DNA of 64,000 bases from an uncultured candidate division Zixibacteria bacterium. GTDB taxonomy: Bacteria > Zixibacteria > MSB-5A5 > GN15 > PGXB01. Position numbers and translations under genes: made by a program. Where the stretch lies: NCBI GenBank assembly GCA_963702205.1, contig OY969724.1, forward strand, positions 3,648,001 to 3,712,000, read 5' to 3'. Under the pieces are notes generated by a model that worked only from the letters and a program-made list of their open reading frames with translations, did not search any database and had not been told where the DNA came from. Positions within the stretch are counted from its first letter, which is position 1. Each line of letters begins with the position of its first letter. Positions 50,800 to 60,300 of the stretch are shown piece by piece.

Positions 50800-51319
50800 A
50801 ACCTATTTTCTTTTTTTTGGTATTTACTTTTTTGGCCAGCGCCCGCGCCACGGAGTCCGGCACCAGCCCCGTGATGTCACCGCCGTTGCCGGCGACGTCT
50901 TTGACTATGGTCGACGACAGGTACACCCACGACAGCGACGGCATCATGAAGACGGTTTCGACTTCCTGGGCCAGCTTGCGGTTCATGAGGGCCATCTGAA
51001 ATTCATATTCGAAATCCGATACCGCCCGCAATCCCCGGATAATGACTTTAATTCCGAGATTTACCGCCAACTCGGCCAACAACCCGTCGAATTGAATGAC
51101 TTCCACCCTTTTTATATCCTTCAAAGATTCTTTCGCCAGGCGGAAGCGTTCGGCCCGGGTGAACATCGGATCTTTTCCGGCATTATCCGCGACCGCCACT
51201 ATCAGCTTGTCGAACAGGTGCACGGCCCGATTGACCAGCGACAGGTGGCCGTTGGTGATCGGGTCGAATGTCCCCGGATACAGGGCTATGCTGTCGGTTT
51301 CATTTTTCTTGCCGGACAT
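50789..51319 (-). CDS. coaD: Phosphopantetheine adenylyltransferase
   Basis: YPGTFDPITNGH, RGLRAVSDFEYE, SSTIVK. Confidence 0.97.
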   Translation of the reverse strand: MSGKKNETDSIALYPGTFDPITNGHLSLVNRAVHLFDKLIVAVADNAGKDPMFTRAERFRLAKESLKDIKRVEVIQFDGLLAELAVNLGIKVIIRGLRAVSDFEYEFQMALMNRKLAQEVETVFMMPSLSWVYLSSTIVKDVAGNGGDITGLVPDSVARALAKKVNTKKKKIGYDR

Positions 51320-51845
51320 AAATCGTAACCTCGGTTTGGCCGTATTTTTTATGACGGACCGGTTGCCAGGTTTCATTTTCTACATCCCGGCCCCGTCGGT
51401 GTTCAATAATAAGAAAACCGTTTTGCTCAAGCAAGTTATATTCGGCCACCCGATCGGCCAATTCCAGCGGCGTCAAAAGATCATAAGGCGGGTCGGCGAA
51501 GATTATATCAAACTTCTCTCCCGCCTCGGACAGCGCCAGGCAGGCCGATTTATAGTCATTTTCAATGACATTGCCGTCCAAACCAAGAGTTTTAAGGTTC
51601 TCTTCGATAGCTCTCGCCTGCGCGCGGCCCTTTTCTATAAAAGTCGCCGCTTTGGCCCCGTGCGACAGCGCCTCTATCCCCAGCGCTCCCGATCCGGCAA
51701 AAAGATCGAGTACGCGCGTGTCTTCGATATCGTGCATTATCATATTGAAAATCGCCTGACGAACTTTGTCCGGTGTGGGGCGGGTTTTCATACCAGACAC
51801 CGTTTTTATCGTCCGGCCGCCATATTTGCCTCCGGTGATACGCAA
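51300..51845 (-). CDS. rsmD: 16S rRNA m2G966 methyltransferase
   Basis: RPT, LDLFAGSGALGIEALS, DPPY, KYG. Confidence 0.95.
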   Translation of the reverse strand: MRITGGKYGGRTIKTVSGMKTRPTPDKVRQAIFNMIMHDIEDTRVLDLFAGSGALGIEALSHGAKAATFIEKGRAQARAIEENLKTLGLDGNVIENDYKSACLALSEAGEKFDIIFADPPYDLLTPLELADRVAEYNLLEQNGFLIIEHRRGRDVENETWQPVRHKKYGQTEVTIYVRQEK

Positions 51846-51849
51846 GCGA

Positions 51850-52701
51850 CTATCCGATCGTCAATCCCAGCGCGACCATCGCCTCGAGAGCTTTCAGATG
51901 AAGGTCGTCTTTGAATGACCCTTTCGAGGGCTGCACTCTTCCCGCCGATACTTTCAGTAGTTTTTCCAGTCGTGATAATATCACGTCATCGATTCCGGGC
52001 CCCGACACGATCAAACGGGAAAGCGGATCGGACAAACCGCCGCGACTCAGCTCGGCCAGGTGGTACTGTACGGTTGCAGCCAGATCGAGCATATTGCCGT
52101 CACTTTGCGAATTTGAATCGTGCCCATTGTTTGATGAAAACCAAAGGGCCCCCGGCAGGACAGCCGTTTTATCGTACACGAAGCAGTACGTACAACGATC
52201 TTTTTCGATATCGATCAGGCACACCAGCCGTCCGCCCTCGGCCTTGCACAAGTTTAGATAAGCCTTCGCCAGCGCCAGAGAGCGCAGTTTGAAACCGGCC
52301 GGGCGGTCCGGCCTGGTGCCCAGGCGGGCGATTATTTCGTCGACCTTGCTTTTATTGTACCCCACCGCCAGCCTGGCTTTGGTCGATTCGCTTTCGTGAA
52401 TATCAATAAAATATTTTTCCGGATCGTCCAGAAGCGACGAGGCAAACTCGAACCTGGCGACGGCGGTTTCATCGAGGCCCAGATCGTACGGCTGCGCGAT
52501 GCGTTTTATCAGGGCGTTGTTTTCACCGATTGAAAAATACAAGTCACCTTCGTTTGATTTTAGTCGCTTTTCCAGATTATCATCGGGGACCTCTTCGATC
52601 ATGTCGATCACGTTCAAACCGGCCTCCATCGAGCGTGATGCCAGAACCATCCGGGAGCCGCATATATCCAGCCCGAACCGGCGGTGTTTGAGCTCTACCA
52701 C
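51850..52701 (-). CDS. Hypothetical protein, divergent PilM/actin-like fold
   Basis: N-terminal GLDI, internal LIDI, IVSGPG, C-terminal VALGL. Confidence 0.5.
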   Translation of the reverse strand: MVELKHRRFGLDICGSRMVLASRSMEAGLNVIDMIEEVPDDNLEKRLKSNEGDLYFSIGENNALIKRIAQPYDLGLDETAVARFEFASSLLDDPEKYFIDIHESESTKARLAVGYNKSKVDEIIARLGTRPDRPAGFKLRSLALAKAYLNLCKAEGGRLVCLIDIEKDRCTYCFVYDKTAVLPGALWFSSNNGHDSNSQSDGNMLDLAATVQYHLAELSRGGLSDPLSRLIVSGPGIDDVILSRLEKLLKVSAGRVQPSKGSFKDDLHLKALEAMVALGLTIG

Positions 52702-53069
52702 GGATGAATCTCCAGGTACGGCTTAATTTTTTCAAACGTGACGCGGCCGATACCCTCGACTTTCATGACGTCATCGAGCTTGGCGAACGGCCCGGCACTG
52801 TCGCGGAAAGATATAATCCGTCCGGCCAGAACCGGCCCGATTCCCGGTACCAGTTCCAAAGAATCCGGAGGCGATAGATTCACGTCGACTTTGAAAACAG
52901 GGGCATAAGATTTATCACCATCACCCAGTTCCACAACCAGCTTGAGCGGCTGCGGACCGGCTTCGGAAAACGATCTGACCAGCCGGTACACCGACACCCC
53001 GGCCAGAACCAGACACAAAACGATCAGAACTTTGATTTGCCCGGATGTGAATTCAAACCATTTATTCAT
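52695..53069 (-). CDS. comEA: ComEA-like helix-hairpin-helix protein
   Basis: TM anchor; VDVN..LELVPGIG, GPF..VEGIG. Confidence 0.88.
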   Translation of the reverse strand: MNKWFEFTSGQIKVLIVLCLVLAGVSVYRLVRSFSEAGPQPLKLVVELGDGDKSYAPVFKVDVNLSPPDSLELVPGIGPVLAGRIISFRDSAGPFAKLDDVMKVEGIGRVTFEKIKPYLEIHPW

Positions 53070-53136
53070 TTTCAGAACTCAATACTATGATACGACAATT
53101 GAGCAATATAGCCGCCTTTAATTAAAAAGCAACTAT

Positions 53137-54669
53137 TTACGGGGCAGTGATGGCCGCCAAATCTCGCCTGTATACCCACGCTTCGTTGGTATGATTATGC
53201 CGGGGATTCATAAAATGCAAAAGCCGGTCGACCGTCGACGGCGTCGAATGAAACACAGGCTCCAGCGGCCCCAGAAAAGTCTCCAGCGATTCGCGATGCT
53301 GATCGGCGAAATTATCTGAATAAACAATTACATAATTGACACCCCGGCCGAGCGAATCCAGAGCCGTCGAGTCGGACATTACATCCCAATTGTCGAGAGT
53401 TTTAATAGGCGGTAGTTTTATTCCGACATAAGACACCGGCAGAAGGCGCAGGCGCTCCGTGCGGTCAACGAGAATCGCCGCAATATCATTGCGATGACTC
53501 AAATAAACGAAAGGCTCGACCATACCCTTATGGGCATAATTGAATGTAAATATCGGCAGGAGGATCACATTCAAAACGACCGCAATCCACGCAGAGACTT
53601 TGAAAAGCCTGTATTTCCAGGTGTCAGTCGCGGCCGTCTTAAGCCAGGTCCACAGCCCGATCGTGCCCATAATGGTGATCAACGAAAAAACCGTGATCAT
53701 ATACCGCTCTTCCTTTTGTCTGATCAGACTGTGCGAAATCACAAACGACGCCACTGCCGCTAACAAAATTATATGTTCGCGCACCAGCTCGCGGCGGAAA
53801 AAACTCAAAATGAAGAAGAGTGAAAACGGCGGGATGAAAATCCCGAAAATGAGCGAGATATACATCCAAAACGGTTGCGGCAGCGGTCCGCCGGTTTTTT
53901 GCATTTCCAGTGCGCTGTGAATCAGGTTCATGGTGCTGTTCGCAAACCGGCCGTAGTACGCCAGGTCGAGAAATCCGCTGATAACTATCATGACCACGAC
54001 CCCGGCGCAAAAGGCCAGAGCTGGACGGATATTTTTTGCCGCGTACCAAATCGCCGGAGCCATGAAAGCCAGACAGACGCCGGTGTTGAAACGGATCATC
54101 CACGCCAGCCCACCCAGAAGTCCCGACAGCACCAGCCATTTGGTCTTTTTGTCTTTGACCCCGATATAGGCCAGGTAAACCGACGGCACCAGCGCGCCTT
54201 CGGCGACTTTCTCGATCAGCGTCCGCACCGACAGGTACGGCATAAGAAAATGCGCGCCGAGTATCAGCCCGATCAGAAGAATATATTTCCTGTCGCCAGT
54301 GGCACGACGGACATAAAGCATCCCGAACAAAACGGCAATCAAAGATACAATCGCATGCTTCAAACGAACGACGTACATGACGCAATCCAGATCGTTGCAG
54401 CCGAGTTTGGTCATTGCTTTCATAGTATAGTACAACGCGACATTATAAAGCGGCGAGCGATTGATTTCGGTCGGAGCCAGGTAGTTCCAGCGCAGATGCC
54501 CGTTTTGATCGAGAAGTCCGTGTTGTACCCCCTGCCACGCCACCTGCACCGTCTCGAAATGATCGTCGGACGCCATATACCCTTTGGAGAACGCAACCGC
54601 GAACAAACGCAGCACCAGGGCGACAATCAAACAGAAAATAATGGGGTGTTTCTTAACGAACTCCGGCAT
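53137..54669 (-). CDS. GT-C fold membrane glycosyltransferase (Alg9/PigB-like)
   Basis: DDHFE loop after TM1; KEERY motif; multi-TM. Confidence 0.75.
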   Translation of the reverse strand: MPEFVKKHPIIFCLIVALVLRLFAVAFSKGYMASDDHFETVQVAWQGVQHGLLDQNGHLRWNYLAPTEINRSPLYNVALYYTMKAMTKLGCNDLDCVMYVVRLKHAIVSLIAVLFGMLYVRRATGDRKYILLIGLILGAHFLMPYLSVRTLIEKVAEGALVPSVYLAYIGVKDKKTKWLVLSGLLGGLAWMIRFNTGVCLAFMAPAIWYAAKNIRPALAFCAGVVVMIVISGFLDLAYYGRFANSTMNLIHSALEMQKTGGPLPQPFWMYISLIFGIFIPPFSLFFILSFFRRELVREHIILLAAVASFVISHSLIRQKEERYMITVFSLITIMGTIGLWTWLKTAATDTWKYRLFKVSAWIAVVLNVILLPIFTFNYAHKGMVEPFVYLSHRNDIAAILVDRTERLRLLPVSYVGIKLPPIKTLDNWDVMSDSTALDSLGRGVNYVIVYSDNFADQHRESLETFLGPLEPVFHSTPSTVDRLLHFMNPRHNHTNEAWVYRRDLAAITAP

Positions 54670-55528
54670 GCCTTTTCCTTCTCACGACCAGAACGACGCC
54701 CGACAGGACCATCACTGACCCGATTGCAGTGAGCGAATCTATCGACTCGGAGGCTATCGCCACCCCGAGAAATATGGCTATGATCGGCGTGATAAAAGTG
54801 ATCATCGAGACAATAATAGCCCGCGTCTTTTTCAAAATCCAGTAATATCCCGAGAAAGCTATAACAGTCCCGAACACGATTAAATATCCGAGCGACAGCA
54901 TTGATTTAGTGGTGACTTCAAACGACGACAGCGGTTCGGTGCCGACCGCGATCGCCAGCATGAGCACCGTTCCGACAATCATTTGCATGACGGCTATAAT
55001 ACGGTAATCGTAATCGCGCAGCTTGGCGCGGACGTGGACGCTGCTGAAAGCCGACGAGGCCGATCCGATCACAGCCGCCAGCGAACCGCCGAACACGAGG
55101 TCCGAAACCTGCAGCGAATTATAAAAAATCACGACTATCCCCCCGAACCCGACCACCAGTCCCGCCCAGGCCGGACCGGCCAGTTTTTCGTCCTTGAGCA
55201 GCGCCGTCGAAAAGAGCGCGATGAAAAACGGAAACGAAGCATAGAGCACCGCCACCAGGGCCGATCCGATATGCGTCTCTGCCCAATAGACGGTGAGATA
55301 TGGAATCGTGTACATGAAAATCCCCGGCCAGGCGACTTTCCAGTATTCGGCGATTTTGGCCGGATAGCGGTTTTTAGCAAAATAATTAACGACCAATAGA
55401 ATAACGCTGGCAGCGGAGAAGCGCAAAGCGGCGGACCAGAACGGCGGCGCGTCTTCGAGCCCGATTTTGATCGCCAGCCACGTCGATCCCCAAATCAGAC
55501 AGAGGATTGTAAACACAAGGGTTGTCAT
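54653..55528 (-). CDS. EamA family transporter
   Basis: IWGSTWLAIK, APP..AALRF, FGTVIAF. Confidence 0.92.
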   Translation of the reverse strand: MTTLVFTILCLIWGSTWLAIKIGLEDAPPFWSAALRFSAASVILLVVNYFAKNRYPAKIAEYWKVAWPGIFMYTIPYLTVYWAETHIGSALVAVLYASFPFFIALFSTALLKDEKLAGPAWAGLVVGFGGIVVIFYNSLQVSDLVFGGSLAAVIGSASSAFSSVHVRAKLRDYDYRIIAVMQMIVGTVLMLAIAVGTEPLSSFEVTTKSMLSLGYLIVFGTVIAFSGYYWILKKTRAIIVSMITFITPIIAIFLGVAIASESIDSLTAIGSVMVLSGVVLVVRRKRHAGVR

Positions 55529-55684
55529 GGCTAGCAATTAATCCAAAACGGCGCGGAAAGCAAATAGAATCGGCTACTCGGTAGTCTTGCATTTTGAATA
55601 GGAAATTGAAAAATTGTCGGGTTGCCGGAACTGCCCCGAGAAGACAAAACCGGCCCGAGCCATGATTTAAAGAAATAGGAAAGA

Positions 55685-56239
55685 TTAACGTTTGATGCTT
55701 TTCATAAAGTCTTTATCAATTTCTTTTCTATCGTCAGCATTCTGCCACAGATCGTGGGCTTTCCCCATAGTTGTAGAGTGATATAACGTAATTACAACAC
55801 CCTCGTCTTTGGCTACTTTAAAGGCGGGCAAAAAATCTGTGTCTGCAGTCAAAATAGATGCGTGGGTTATAATATGCTTTGTTGATAATAATACCAAATC
55901 CGTTGCAAGATAAACGTCTACACCCTTTTGCACAAATATGGGATTTCCTTCATTATCATTTCCCCGGAATTTTAATTTGCCAAGCCTGACCGTAAAATGA
56001 TCGAGTTTTTCTAATGCATGATAAAATTTCTGTCGCTTCGAAAGCCGTTCCTTCTCTTGATCGCTTGGCGCATTGCTTTGATAAGGTAAACAATTATAAT
56101 AATAGGTTCTAAGGTGAGAATAACCATTTGCCATCAGTTTTGATAATTTTAGGTAATCTATATGAAAATCATGAAATTCGTCCTTATTAATCTTTTCAAT
56201 GTAGCCCCCGTCTATGAATACAGCAACCCTCTCTGACAT
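55685..56239 (-). CDS. NYN (LabA/DUF88, PIN-like) domain ribonuclease, AT-rich
   Basis: VFIDGGY, QKGVDV, DTDF; GGAGGA RBS. Confidence 0.9.
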   Translation of the reverse strand: MSERVAVFIDGGYIEKINKDEFHDFHIDYLKLSKLMANGYSHLRTYYYNCLPYQSNAPSDQEKERLSKRQKFYHALEKLDHFTVRLGKLKFRGNDNEGNPIFVQKGVDVYLATDLVLLSTKHIITHASILTADTDFLPAFKVAKDEGVVITLYHSTTMGKAHDLWQNADDRKEIDKDFMKSIKR

Positions 56240-56253
56240 ACTATCCTCCAATG

Positions 56254-56335
56254 AAAAAGGCCAAGTCGCATATTACAACTTGGCCGGGTATCTTACACAT
56301 TGTCTTCTTACGAAAACAATGAGGGATATTATTCC
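56254..56335 (-). ncRNA. Candidate ~80-nt structured leader RNA ending in a terminator just before the NYN RBS
   Basis: 10-bp hairpin with GUAA tetraloop (56298-56321); 10-bp hairpin plus U5 (56254-56285). Confidence 0.55.
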
Positions 56336-56339
56336 TATT

Positions 56340-56369
56340 AGAATATCGGCAATTTGTGCCTCTTGTCAA
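56340..56369 (-). promoter_or_regulatory. Sigma70-like promoter for leader RNA and NYN gene
   Basis: TTGACA-18bp-TATTCT. Confidence 0.55.
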
Positions 56370-56633
56370 GCGCATTTTTTTAACGAATTTCCCCCAAAAA
56401 GGTATCACAATTATACACATAATTCACATAAATATCAAAGCAATAATTTAGCCAAATGTCCCAATGTAATATAAAGCGAACAATTCTCGCTTCTATAGTG
56501 AGTGTAACTTTTAAAGCTCCGTGAATCCGGGCAAAAATATAGGGCCAGAGATTAACTACAAACATTATCCTTTACAATCCGATAAAATGTTATATAATAC
56601 GCTTAAATATGACACAATAACAAGGCATCAAAT

Positions 56634-57146
56634 ATGGAAACGGAACAGAAAAATATAGAAATCAAAGAATCGCAAGCGGTTAAGGATTATCCGGTGTTCT
56701 ACACCACCGCCGAAATCGCTGATATGCTCAAAATGAATCCGCAGGTCATCGCCCGCAAAATCCAGCGCGGCGAACTCAACGCCTACAAAATCGGCAAAGA
56801 CTGGCGGGTCGCCGAAAAAGATTTCTGGGCCTGGATGAAAAAACACTCCAACCGCAAGCTTTCGGACAAAGAAAAAGTGCTGGCGAATTTTGTCCGCGAC
56901 GGCCGCGTCATCGAAATCCCGACCCAGCGCAAAAAACGCCGGTTTATTCTGGAATACATCCTGGAGAATTTCGAATCCAACCGGGTTTACCCTGAAAAAG
57001 AGGTCAACGAGATAATCCGGCATTTCCACGAGGATTTTTGCTTCATACGCCGCGAATTCATCATGAACCGGATGATGTCCCGCGCCGACGGCAAATATCG
57101 CCGCAACGACAGCTATATCTTCTCCGACCGTCCACTACGGCCGTGA
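56634..57146 (+). CDS. Excisionase-like HTH + DUF2087 protein
   Basis: YTTAEIADML..AYKIGKDWRV; IPTQRKKR..YPEKEVN..HEDFCFIRRE. Confidence 0.85.
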   Translation: METEQKNIEIKESQAVKDYPVFYTTAEIADMLKMNPQVIARKIQRGELNAYKIGKDWRVAEKDFWAWMKKHSNRKLSDKEKVLANFVRDGRVIEIPTQRKKRRFILEYILENFESNRVYPEKEVNEIIRHFHEDFCFIRREFIMNRMMSRADGKYRRNDSYIFSDRPLRP

Positions 57147-57152
57147 TGTTCG

Positions 57153-59909
57153 CTATGGTATCGCCTGGCCGGGCATATCGGTCCCGGTACTTCCCGGGCC
57201 GGTCATACCGCCGCCGAGAATATTCTGCACCAGCGGGTCACTGCGGTTCATCTTATATTTCGCGAATTCGATGGTCGCTTCATACATTTCCGTCGCACGG
57301 TTAAGATCAAGCAACACCTGCATAAGCTTGCGATACCCGTGGGGGTTGTTGGGATTCATATGGAACGCCTCCCAGAGGTCGGCCAGCCCTTCATCGCTCT
57401 TGCCCTCGATATGCAGGGCATAACCCAGGTCCTGGAGATAGAATATATTTTCCGGATTACGCCGGTGGAGATCCTGAAGCACCGAAACATAGCCGGCCAT
57501 CAGGCTGTCGGCCTTGTCTTTCTCACCCCGCGCTTCATAAATATTCGCCAGGAACAGGTATGACTGGAAGAACTCGGGATACTTATCTATTACGAATTTT
57601 ATAAAGTCCACCGCCTTATCTTCTTCTCCGCGCGTCTTGAATTCCTGGGCAATGCGGATGGCATTGAAACCGTGAGCGAACAGCACCCCGGTGGCGTTTT
57701 CGTCGCGGTATACGGTTGGATCGGCCATGCCGTCCCAGTGATAAACTTCAGTATACAGTCGATAGCCCTCGTCGGCGTCGATGTGCCGCTTATCCGGTTC
57801 TTGCTCGAGTTTATAAATCATTCCGACCGATTCTTCGAGATCGGTCAGTTTGAGCGGCGATTCCTCGTACGGCTCCGACGTGAAGCAGACCGGGTCTTTG
57901 AAATTGTTGCTCAGAACAACTTCATCGACCATCATATCCTGCAGCTTAATGATTCGGCCGTTGTACGGTGTCGGGATCAAGTACGTCCGGCGGTGGCGGG
58001 CGCGGTCATAGAACCATTCTTTTGGTCTCTGTATAGTACGTCCCTGGAAATCCATGTCGTACCATAAAATCTGGTCGTCGTTCAAATCGATGGGGACGTC
58101 ATAAAAATGCTTCATCTGGTAAATATACCAGTCGGTATTGAACAGCGACAGGTTGACCACGCGCACGTCTTTGCGGAAATTATAGACCTCCTGCATGCAC
58201 CATAAGGGGAAGGTATCGTTGTCCCCCGCCGTAAACAATATGGCATTTTCCGGGCAACTGGACAACACGTTGTACGAATAGACGTAGGGGTACCAGTTTC
58301 GCGAGCGGTCGTTAGGGAAATAATTTTTGGCGAGCGGAAACGCCGGCAAAACTACCAGCGCCGTCGAGGCGTACAGCAGCGGCCTTTTAACCGAGTTCGA
58401 CATCCTGGCCGTGCGGACCGACTCCATCACGGCCGCCGCGCCCAAACCTATAGCCAGCCCGAATATGATAAAGGCCGGGGTGAAGAAATAATCCCGGTCT
58501 CGGACTTCCTGGTAGGCATCCCCCGTTCGGGCGTTATATTTTATCCCGTCGGCGAAATTCATGTACAGGATCAAGCCCACCGTCGTTAAAAGCAATAGCA
58601 CAAAAAACGGCAGACCGATTTCCACTCTCTTCGTGATCGTGAACCAAATTCCGAACAACCCCAGAATGAACAGCGCCCCGAAAATTTTGGTCAGGCCCCA
58701 CTGGTTCTCGAAATAGCTCCAGAAACCCATGTGGGCGTGACGGCCAAACTGGTTGGACCACTCTGCCCGACGGGTGAACATACGCTCGGTCATGGACATT
58801 TGTCCGTACTGCTTGCGGTCGAGATAATTGACAAACGTGCTGAAACCACGGGAAGTCATGTTTTCATCTATACGCGGGTGGAACTCCGAGCGAATCGGAA
58901 TAAAAACGTGCATCGAAAAGCCAATGGCCGCGATAAAAATAATGGCCAGCCCGGTTCTCCAGTTGGTATTCACTTTAAGCGCCCCCAGGACGACCATGAT
59001 GACCGCCCCGAAAGCAAGCCCGAAAGCGAACGGATAAAAACCGATCATAATCATGGAATAGGCTCCGATCGCCAGCATCACCGCCCAATTGATATACCTG
59101 AAGATCAGCACTCCCAGCACACCCACCATAAGAACCGTAACGGCGATAAAGGCCGGGTAGCCGCCGCGCCCGTCGGACAGGACGATGATCATTAACAGCT
59201 CCGCTACGAAAAAGGCACAAATGGCGACCCAGGCTTTTATGGGGGCGTCTTTCTTGAGAATGAAAAATATAGCCGCGACCGGCATTACCAGAAACGTTTG
59301 CAAATGCACCCCGACCCCGAGCATGGCGAGGTAACTGATAAAAACTACAATTCTTTGAGCTTTCGGTGTTTCGCGAATCCTGAAATATTTTAGTGTCAGC
59401 CACATTATGGCCATCATGATAACCGTTGAAAGGCCATAGACTTCGGCCTCGACGGCATTGGCCCAGTTGGTGGTGGCGAAGGCCATGAAAAAGGCTCCGA
59501 CCACTCCGCCTATATATGAAATGACTTTTTTCCAGCCGGTTATTTCTTCGCCTTCATACCAAAATGCAATCATCCTGACAATAATCAAATATCCGAAAAC
59601 GGCCGCCACCGCCTGCGACAGCGGCGAGATCATATTGATGCGGAGGCAGATATCCGACGCCGTCGGCAGAGCCGAAAAAATGCGTCCCAGCAGGATAAAC
59701 AAGGGTGAGCCGGGCGGATGCGGGACACCTAAAATATATGAACAGGCAATGAATTCGCCGCAATCCCAGAAAGAGAAAGTCGGCGCCACGGTCATACGAT
59801 AAACGATAAAAGTAAACAAAAACACGAAGGCCGCCACGAAGGCGTTTATTTTGTCAAAGCCGGGGGCGCGTCGATCAATATCAGGCACCGAAAACCTCCT
59901 AAAGTTCAA
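57153..59909 (-). CDS. DUF2723 (TMEM260-like GT-C) membrane protein with C-terminal TPR
   Basis: SFWDCGEFIA, VPHPPGSPL, EAEVY, GDNDTFPLW. Confidence 0.92.
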   Translation of the reverse strand: MNFRRFSVPDIDRRAPGFDKINAFVAAFVFLFTFIVYRMTVAPTFSFWDCGEFIACSYILGVPHPPGSPLFILLGRIFSALPTASDICLRINMISPLSQAVAAVFGYLIIVRMIAFWYEGEEITGWKKVISYIGGVVGAFFMAFATTNWANAVEAEVYGLSTVIMMAIMWLTLKYFRIRETPKAQRIVVFISYLAMLGVGVHLQTFLVMPVAAIFFILKKDAPIKAWVAICAFFVAELLMIIVLSDGRGGYPAFIAVTVLMVGVLGVLIFRYINWAVMLAIGAYSMIMIGFYPFAFGLAFGAVIMVVLGALKVNTNWRTGLAIIFIAAIGFSMHVFIPIRSEFHPRIDENMTSRGFSTFVNYLDRKQYGQMSMTERMFTRRAEWSNQFGRHAHMGFWSYFENQWGLTKIFGALFILGLFGIWFTITKRVEIGLPFFVLLLLTTVGLILYMNFADGIKYNARTGDAYQEVRDRDYFFTPAFIIFGLAIGLGAAAVMESVRTARMSNSVKRPLLYASTALVVLPAFPLAKNYFPNDRSRNWYPYVYSYNVLSSCPENAILFTAGDNDTFPLWCMQEVYNFRKDVRVVNLSLFNTDWYIYQMKHFYDVPIDLNDDQILWYDMDFQGRTIQRPKEWFYDRARHRRTYLIPTPYNGRIIKLQDMMVDEVVLSNNFKDPVCFTSEPYEESPLKLTDLEESVGMIYKLEQEPDKRHIDADEGYRLYTEVYHWDGMADPTVYRDENATGVLFAHGFNAIRIAQEFKTRGEEDKAVDFIKFVIDKYPEFFQSYLFLANIYEARGEKDKADSLMAGYVSVLQDLHRRNPENIFYLQDLGYALHIEGKSDEGLADLWEAFHMNPNNPHGYRKLMQVLLDLNRATEMYEATIEFAKYKMNRSDPLVQNILGGGMTGPGSTGTDMPGQAIP

Positions 59910-60042
59910 ATTTCATTAAACCGATAAGCTATATAGCAATTAAATCGAAAATAATGGGTCAAATATAAACATAAACCACGATTCCACAACCTAATTTTAT
60001 ACAATGAGGTATGGGTCTGGTTGCGGATTCCCGGAGGTAAAA

Positions 60043-60300
60043 ATGTTTACTTGGTGTATAATTCTCTTTCTGCTGGGTATCGCGGCCTTCATGGATACCA
60101 TTTTCAACTATGGTAACATCTTTCGTCAGATCAACTCGGCCATGTTTATGCTAATTTCGCTGGGTTTGATGGTCCGCACGACGATCAAGATCAAGGAAGG
60201 CAAAAAGGAAAATTACGAGGACCGTATTAAGAATCTCGAAATGCAGTTGAGGGCTTTTACGACCGACAAAAGCAGGGAAAAAGAGACCGCGGACTATTAA
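60043..60300 (+). CDS. Small 2-TM hypothetical protein
   Basis: GGAGGT RBS; two hydrophobic helices and a coiled tail. Confidence 0.7.
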   Translation: MFTWCIILFLLGIAAFMDTIFNYGNIFRQINSAMFMLISLGLMVRTTIKIKEGKKENYEDRIKNLEMQLRAFTTDKSREKETADY

